Under the pieces are notes generated by a model. The model worked only from the letters and a program-made list of their open reading frames with translations. It was not told the origin of the DNA and made no database searches. From Pseudomonadota bacterium (GTDB lineage: Bacteria; Bdellovibrionota_B; Oligoflexia; Oligoflexales; CAIYRB01): DNA of 62,689 nt. A program made the translations under genes and the position numbers. This document shows positions 58,308 to 62,689 of the stretch, piece after piece. Each line of letters opens with the position of its first letter. Position 1 is the stretch's first letter. The stretch lies in assembly GCA_031416315.1 (NCBI GenBank), contig JANOTL010000171.1:1-62689 (forward strand), in the 5' to 3' direction.

Positions 58308-59597
58308 ATGAGCGATTCTGTTGAACTGAAAGTGGACGGCAAGGTCCACAAGCTCCCGGTGATTGTCGGCTCCGAAGGCGAGAAAGCCATCGACATCAAG
58401 AAGCTCCGCCAAGACACCGGCTACATTACGATCGACTCCGGGTACGGCAACACCGGCTCGTGCACGAGCGCCGTCACCTTCATCGACGGCGACAACGGCA
58501 TCCTGCGCTACCGCGGCTACCCGATCGAGCAGCTGGCCGAAAAGTCGACCTTCGTCGAGACGTCCTACCTGTTGATTCATGGCAAGCTCCCCAACACGGA
58601 CGAGCTGACGAAGTTTCGCGAGCAGCTGACGCGCCACTCGCTGATCCACGAGGACATGCTCCACTTTTACGACGGCTATCCTTCTACAGCGCATCCCATG
58701 GGCACCCTGTCCTCCATGGTTTGCTCGCTCTCCTCTTACTACCCGGAATGGCTCGACCCGCATTCGAAAGAGCACATCAGCCAGCTCGTGCCACGCGTCC
58801 TGTCGAAGATCCGCACGATCGCGGCCTATTCGTACAAGAAGTCGATCGGCCAGCCCGTCATCTACCCGAAGAACTCGCTCGATTACTGCGCCAACTTCCT
58901 CTACATGATGTTCGCCGTGCCGTCGGAGCCTTACGAGGTCGACGAGGACATGGTGAAGGCGCTCAACATGCTGCTCATCCTCCACGCCGACCACGAGCAA
59001 AACTGCTCGACGTCGACCGTGCGCATGGTCGTCAGCGCCGACGCCAACCTCCTCGCCTCGAACGCGGCCGGCATCTGCGCCCTTTGGGGCCCGAAGCACG
59101 GCGGCGCCAACCAAGCTTGCATCGAGATGCTGCAAGAGATCCACGACGGCGGCGGCGACGTCAAGAAGGCCGTCGCGGCGGCGAAGGACAAGAACTCAGG
59201 CTTCCGCCTCATGGGCTTCGGCCACCGCGTCTACAAGAACTTCGACCCGCGCGCGACCGTCATCAAGAAGGCCTGCGACCGGATCCTCGCGAAGATGGGG
59301 AAGAACGATCCCTTGCTCGACATCGCCAAAGGCCTCGAGGAGGCGGCGCTCTCCGACCCTTACTTCATCGAGCGCAAGCTCTACCCGAACGTCGACTTCT
59401 ACTCGGGCATCCTCTACCGCGCCATGGGCATCCCGACGCCGATGTTCACGGTGATGTTCGCGCTCGGCCGCCTTCCGGGCTGGATTGCGCAGTGGATCGA
59501 GATGAACCAGCAGGGCGAGGGCCGGATCGACCGGCCGCGGCAGGTTTATACGGGCGAGACCAAGCGGGACTACGTCCCGATCACGCAGCGCAAGTAA
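58308..59597 (+). CDS. gltA: citrate synthase (type II)
   Basis: GILRYRGYPIEQL, LHADHEQNCST, HGGAN, GFGHRVY, YPNVDFYSG. Confidence 0.98.
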   Translation: MSDSVELKVDGKVHKLPVIVGSEGEKAIDIKKLRQDTGYITIDSGYGNTGSCTSAVTFIDGDNGILRYRGYPIEQLAEKSTFVETSYLLIHGKLPNTDELTKFREQLTRHSLIHEDMLHFYDGYPSTAHPMGTLSSMVCSLSSYYPEWLDPHSKEHISQLVPRVLSKIRTIAAYSYKKSIGQPVIYPKNSLDYCANFLYMMFAVPSEPYEVDEDMVKALNMLLILHADHEQNCSTSTVRMVVSADANLLASNAAGICALWGPKHGGANQACIEMLQEIHDGGGDVKKAVAAAKDKNSGFRLMGFGHRVYKNFDPRATVIKKACDRILAKMGKNDPLLDIAKGLEEAALSDPYFIERKLYPNVDFYSGILYRAMGIPTPMFTVMFALGRLPGWIAQWIEMNQQGEGRIDRPRQVYTGETKRDYVPITQRK

Positions 59598-59652
59598 CTG
59601 CGCCAGCCGCGCCTTCCGTCACCTTGGTGCCGGAAGGCGCGTTTTCTTTTGC

Positions 59653-59745
59653 TCATGAGCCGGCGAGGTCGGTGTCGCCGCAGGCCGCAGTCAAGAAGAG
59701 CGGCAGAGCGAAGACGGACACAGCGGCGAGAAATTTGGTTTTCAA
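59653..59745 (-). pseudogene. truncated lipoprotein gene or micro-lipoprotein
   Basis: AAGGA SD, TTG start, MKTKFLAAVSVFALPLFLTAA-CGDTDLAGS then TGA. Confidence 0.45.
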
Positions 59746-59949
59746 CGCGGGTTCCTTGGCGTTTGGCCTTGGCGGACACTGAGCTGTCGGCGGACCGCAG
59801 GCATCCTTGAGATAAGCCCGGCGTTTGCGCAAAAATCTAGCCAAATCGGGGGCTTCATTCGTCCTTGGCGCCCGCCCCTCCCGCGACCACGCTCAGCCCT
59901 CCGCCCAGGCCGTCCGACAGTCAGAGACACCCTGCTCGGAGCTAAGACG

Positions 59950-61674
59950 ATGCGCCTGGCTCGCACCATCTCCTTTGTCCTCGTCTCGCTCTTGGCGCTC
60001 TCCTGCGCGAAGAAGGACGAAGAGAAAAAGGACAAAAAGTCCGGCGCCGCGAAGCCGACCGAGACGACGAAGGACGGCGGCTCGACGGCCGCTCCTGGGC
60101 CCGCAGCCCCGCCCGTTCCGCCCGCGCCGGCGGGCGAGCGGCCGACCGCAGCCGCGCCGATCTCCCAGCCCGCGAGCATCGTCCTGGTCCCCGGCGCCGC
60201 GAATTGCAAGGCGCAGCCGAAGCTCTCGCTCACCGACCCGGAGCTCGGCGAGCGGGACCGTCACGATCTCTCGCGGATCCGCGACGCTCTGGCGAAGGAG
60301 ATTCCTGGGCATCTCGAGGTACGCGTCGTCGACGCTCACCGTGACCTGTCCGATTCTTTGCACGTCGACTTCGTACCAACCGTGCAAGGCGTGCCCCTTT
60401 GCGGCGAGTCGCAGCGCGCGCACGTCGTCCATGGCGAGGTGATCGTGCCGCGCTGGACGGCGAGCGTCGCGCCGAAGTCGACGGAAGACGAGGCATTCGG
60501 CACGCAGGAAAGCGCGCTGCGCGCGGCCGTTATCCACGCCTCGCTGGATCTCGCGACCGCCGAGGTGCGGTCCGCGGAGCGCTGCCTCGCTCTGGAAAAT
60601 GGCGCGCTCGAGCCGGCCTGGCAGATCTTCGCGCGGATCGACGGCCTGCCTTACCGCATCGTCTCGGGCCCCGGCGGCGTCCGCGAGGTCGAGGCGCAGG
60701 TTCTGCACGCGGCGGGAACCGCGACGGTCTATCGTCGCAACGTCCTCGAGTCTGCGACGACTCCGTTCCCGCTCGACCTCGACGGTGACGGCACGCGTCT
60801 TTCCAGCGCACGTTTCAAGCTCGTGGACAAGGCAGGCGCCTTGGCTGGTCCGACGGCGGCCGGCGGCGTCTTCGCGCCGGAGCCGGGCACGCCCGAGTTC
60901 ACCGACGTCTCAATGTTCGCGCACGCCGAGGAGATGCTGGCCTGGTTCGCCCAGTATACCGGCTTTGGCGCCGCCGACTGCCTGCCGATCGAGCTGGAGG
61001 CACACGCCACGGTCATCTTGCCCAACAAAAAGGAATCCAGTAACAACGCGGTCTATCTCGCGGCCTGGAACCAAAAGAGCGGCAATCCCCGGATCGCCCT
61101 CGGCGACGGGGACGGCAACACGCTGCAGAACATCGGCACCGACTTCGACGCGGTGAGCCACGAGCTCGGGCACCACTTCGTCTACCGGGTCGTCAAGGCG
61201 CTCGACTTCGAGCCTTCGCTCGTGATCCACGAGGGCCTGGCCGACTTCTTCGTCTTCGCGTATACGGGCGACACCTGCCTCGGCGAATCGCTCTGCCCCG
61301 AGTCGAGCGGCGCCTGCATCCTGCCGGGTCGGTGTCTGCGTATAGGCGACAGCGACGTCTCCGGCATGAAGTTCCACAACGAGACCTACGCGAAGTATTC
61401 GTACCACGCGAAGTCGCAGGCGCTCTCCGGCTTTCTGATCGCGCTCGGCCGCGAGCCCACCATCGGCGTCGACGACGCGACGAAAATCGCCTTCGCCTCG
61501 ATCGAGTTCCTGAAGGCGAAGAGCACGCTCGCCGACTTCGTCCTCGCCATTCTGCTCGCCGACAAAGCCGCGTTCAAAGGCGTGCACGCTTGCGCGATCG
61601 TCGCGAAGGCGAAAGAGCACGGACTGAACGAGGAAACGCTCGGGGTCGACTGCAACGCCTACGTCGTCCCCTGA
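59950..61674 (+). CDS. M4/M36 (thermolysin/fungalysin-like) metalloprotease lipoprotein
   Basis: Lipobox ALSC; FTP/PepSY-like pro-region; NNA, HELGH, HEGLADF. Confidence 0.85.
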   Translation: MRLARTISFVLVSLLALSCAKKDEEKKDKKSGAAKPTETTKDGGSTAAPGPAAPPVPPAPAGERPTAAAPISQPASIVLVPGAANCKAQPKLSLTDPELGERDRHDLSRIRDALAKEIPGHLEVRVVDAHRDLSDSLHVDFVPTVQGVPLCGESQRAHVVHGEVIVPRWTASVAPKSTEDEAFGTQESALRAAVIHASLDLATAEVRSAERCLALENGALEPAWQIFARIDGLPYRIVSGPGGVREVEAQVLHAAGTATVYRRNVLESATTPFPLDLDGDGTRLSSARFKLVDKAGALAGPTAAGGVFAPEPGTPEFTDVSMFAHAEEMLAWFAQYTGFGAADCLPIELEAHATVILPNKKESSNNAVYLAAWNQKSGNPRIALGDGDGNTLQNIGTDFDAVSHELGHHFVYRVVKALDFEPSLVIHEGLADFFVFAYTGDTCLGESLCPESSGACILPGRCLRIGDSDVSGMKFHNETYAKYSYHAKSQALSGFLIALGREPTIGVDDATKIAFASIEFLKAKSTLADFVLAILLADKAAFKGVHACAIVAKAKEHGLNEETLGVDCNAYVVP

Positions 61675-61758
61675 TTCCTCGCGCCTGCCGCCGGCGACGA
61701 TGCGCCTTTCGGGTTTAGGCTGTCAAGAGTACGATTCTTGGACAACCCGAGGAGACGC

Positions 61759-62238
61759 ATGCGCCATTGGCTGATGAAGACCGAGCCCGACACGTTCTCG
61801 TTCGACGACCTCTTGAAGCTGCCGAGACGAAAGACCTCGTGGGAAGGCGTGCGCAACTACACGGCGCGCAACACGATGCGCGACGACATGAAGATCGGTG
61901 ACAAGGTCTTGTTCTACCACTCCAGCTGCGCCGAGCCCGGCGTCTTCGGCTTGGCCGAGGTGGTCAAGGAATCGCATCCGGATCTCTCGGCCCTGAATCC
62001 GAAGAGCGAGTACTTCGACGAGAAGTCGGCGAAGGCCGGCGCCTCGCGCTGGATGATGGTCGACGTGCGCGGGACGCACCGCTTGAAGAAGCCCGTGAGT
62101 CTCACGTCGATGCGCTCGGTGAAGGGTCTCGAGGGAATGATGCTCTTGCAGCGCGGCTCACGGCTCTCCGTGCAGCCGGTGACGCCGAAGGAGTGGGACG
62201 TGATCGTCAAGCTCGGCGTCGCGGAGGCGCTCAAATGA
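61759..62238 (+). CDS. EVE domain protein (THYN1-like)
   Basis: HWLMKTEP, WEGVRNYTARN, FYHS, RLSVQPV; AGGAG SD. Confidence 0.93.
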   Translation: MRHWLMKTEPDTFSFDDLLKLPRRKTSWEGVRNYTARNTMRDDMKIGDKVLFYHSSCAEPGVFGLAEVVKESHPDLSALNPKSEYFDEKSAKAGASRWMMVDVRGTHRLKKPVSLTSMRSVKGLEGMMLLQRGSRLSVQPVTPKEWDVIVKLGVAEALK

Positions 62239-62689
62239 TCGAGCTCAAACCGATGGCGGCGGCGGATTTCACCGCGTGGTGCGCGCGCTCGGCCGCGGCG
62301 TACGCGGAAAACAAGGTGCGCGCCGGGAATTGGGTGCCGGAAGGCGCGGCCGAGCGCGCGGAGAAGGAGCTCGCGGCGCTCCTTCCGCTCGGCGTCGACA
62401 CGCCGGGGCATGCGATCTTCGTGGCGCGCGACCGCGCGGCCGTCTGCGGTCACCTCTGGATGCTTTACGACGAGCAGCGGCGCTACGCCTACGTATATGA
62501 CCTCTTCGTAGACGCGTCCCTGCGCGGAAAAGGCTACGGCGACGCGATCCTGACCGCGGGCGAGGCATGGGCGGCGGGGCGTGGGGCGACGAACATCGGT
62601 TTGCACGTGTTCGGATTCAATACGGTCGCGCAGGGTCTTTACCGGAAGCGCGGGTATGAAGTGACGAACATCAACATGGCGAAGAAGCT
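62235..62689 (+). CDS. GNAT N-acetyltransferase (stop just beyond window end)
   Basis: ATGA overlap with EVE; YVYDLFVDASLRGKGYG, GLHVFGFNTVAQGLYRKRGY. Confidence 0.88.
   Translation, partial: MIELKPMAAADFTAWCARSAAAYAENKVRAGNWVPEGAAERAEKELAALLPLGVDTPGHAIFVARDRAAVCGHLWMLYDEQRRYAYVYDLFVDASLRGKGYGDAILTAGEAWAAGRGATNIGLHVFGFNTVAQGLYRKRGYEVTNINMAKK

Overview
This is a GC-rich (roughly two-thirds G+C by eye) bacterial chromosomal segment that is almost entirely coding. Gene content suggests Bdellovibrionota/Oligoflexia or a related deltaproteobacterial-type lineage (inference): many lipoproteins, secreted proteases, a STAS/Zn-ribbon protein and a HAMP-only membrane protein. Housekeeping genes are rpsP-rimM-trmD, ligA, lpxD, yicC-gmk-rel/spoT, recD2, hpf, tatC, polA and gltA. 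They are interspersed with accessory enzymes and many uncharacterised exported proteins. I saw no rRNA, tRNA, CRISPR array, integrase or transposase. The most notable observations are: (1) a strand-specific C/G skew written into synonymous codons at convergent gene 3' ends, resembling Rho rut sites, with an internal control in a triplicated peptide; (2) a DUF5522 / triple zinc-finger / DsrEFH-like run of Cys-rich genes; (3) a HAD-UbiA plus GT-C glycosylation pair; (4) a methyltransferase-desaturase operon; (5) an 18-Cys secreted repeat protein behind a protease gene. Start codons were chosen by eye and often differ from the ORF track. All family calls come from motif recognition, not database searches.
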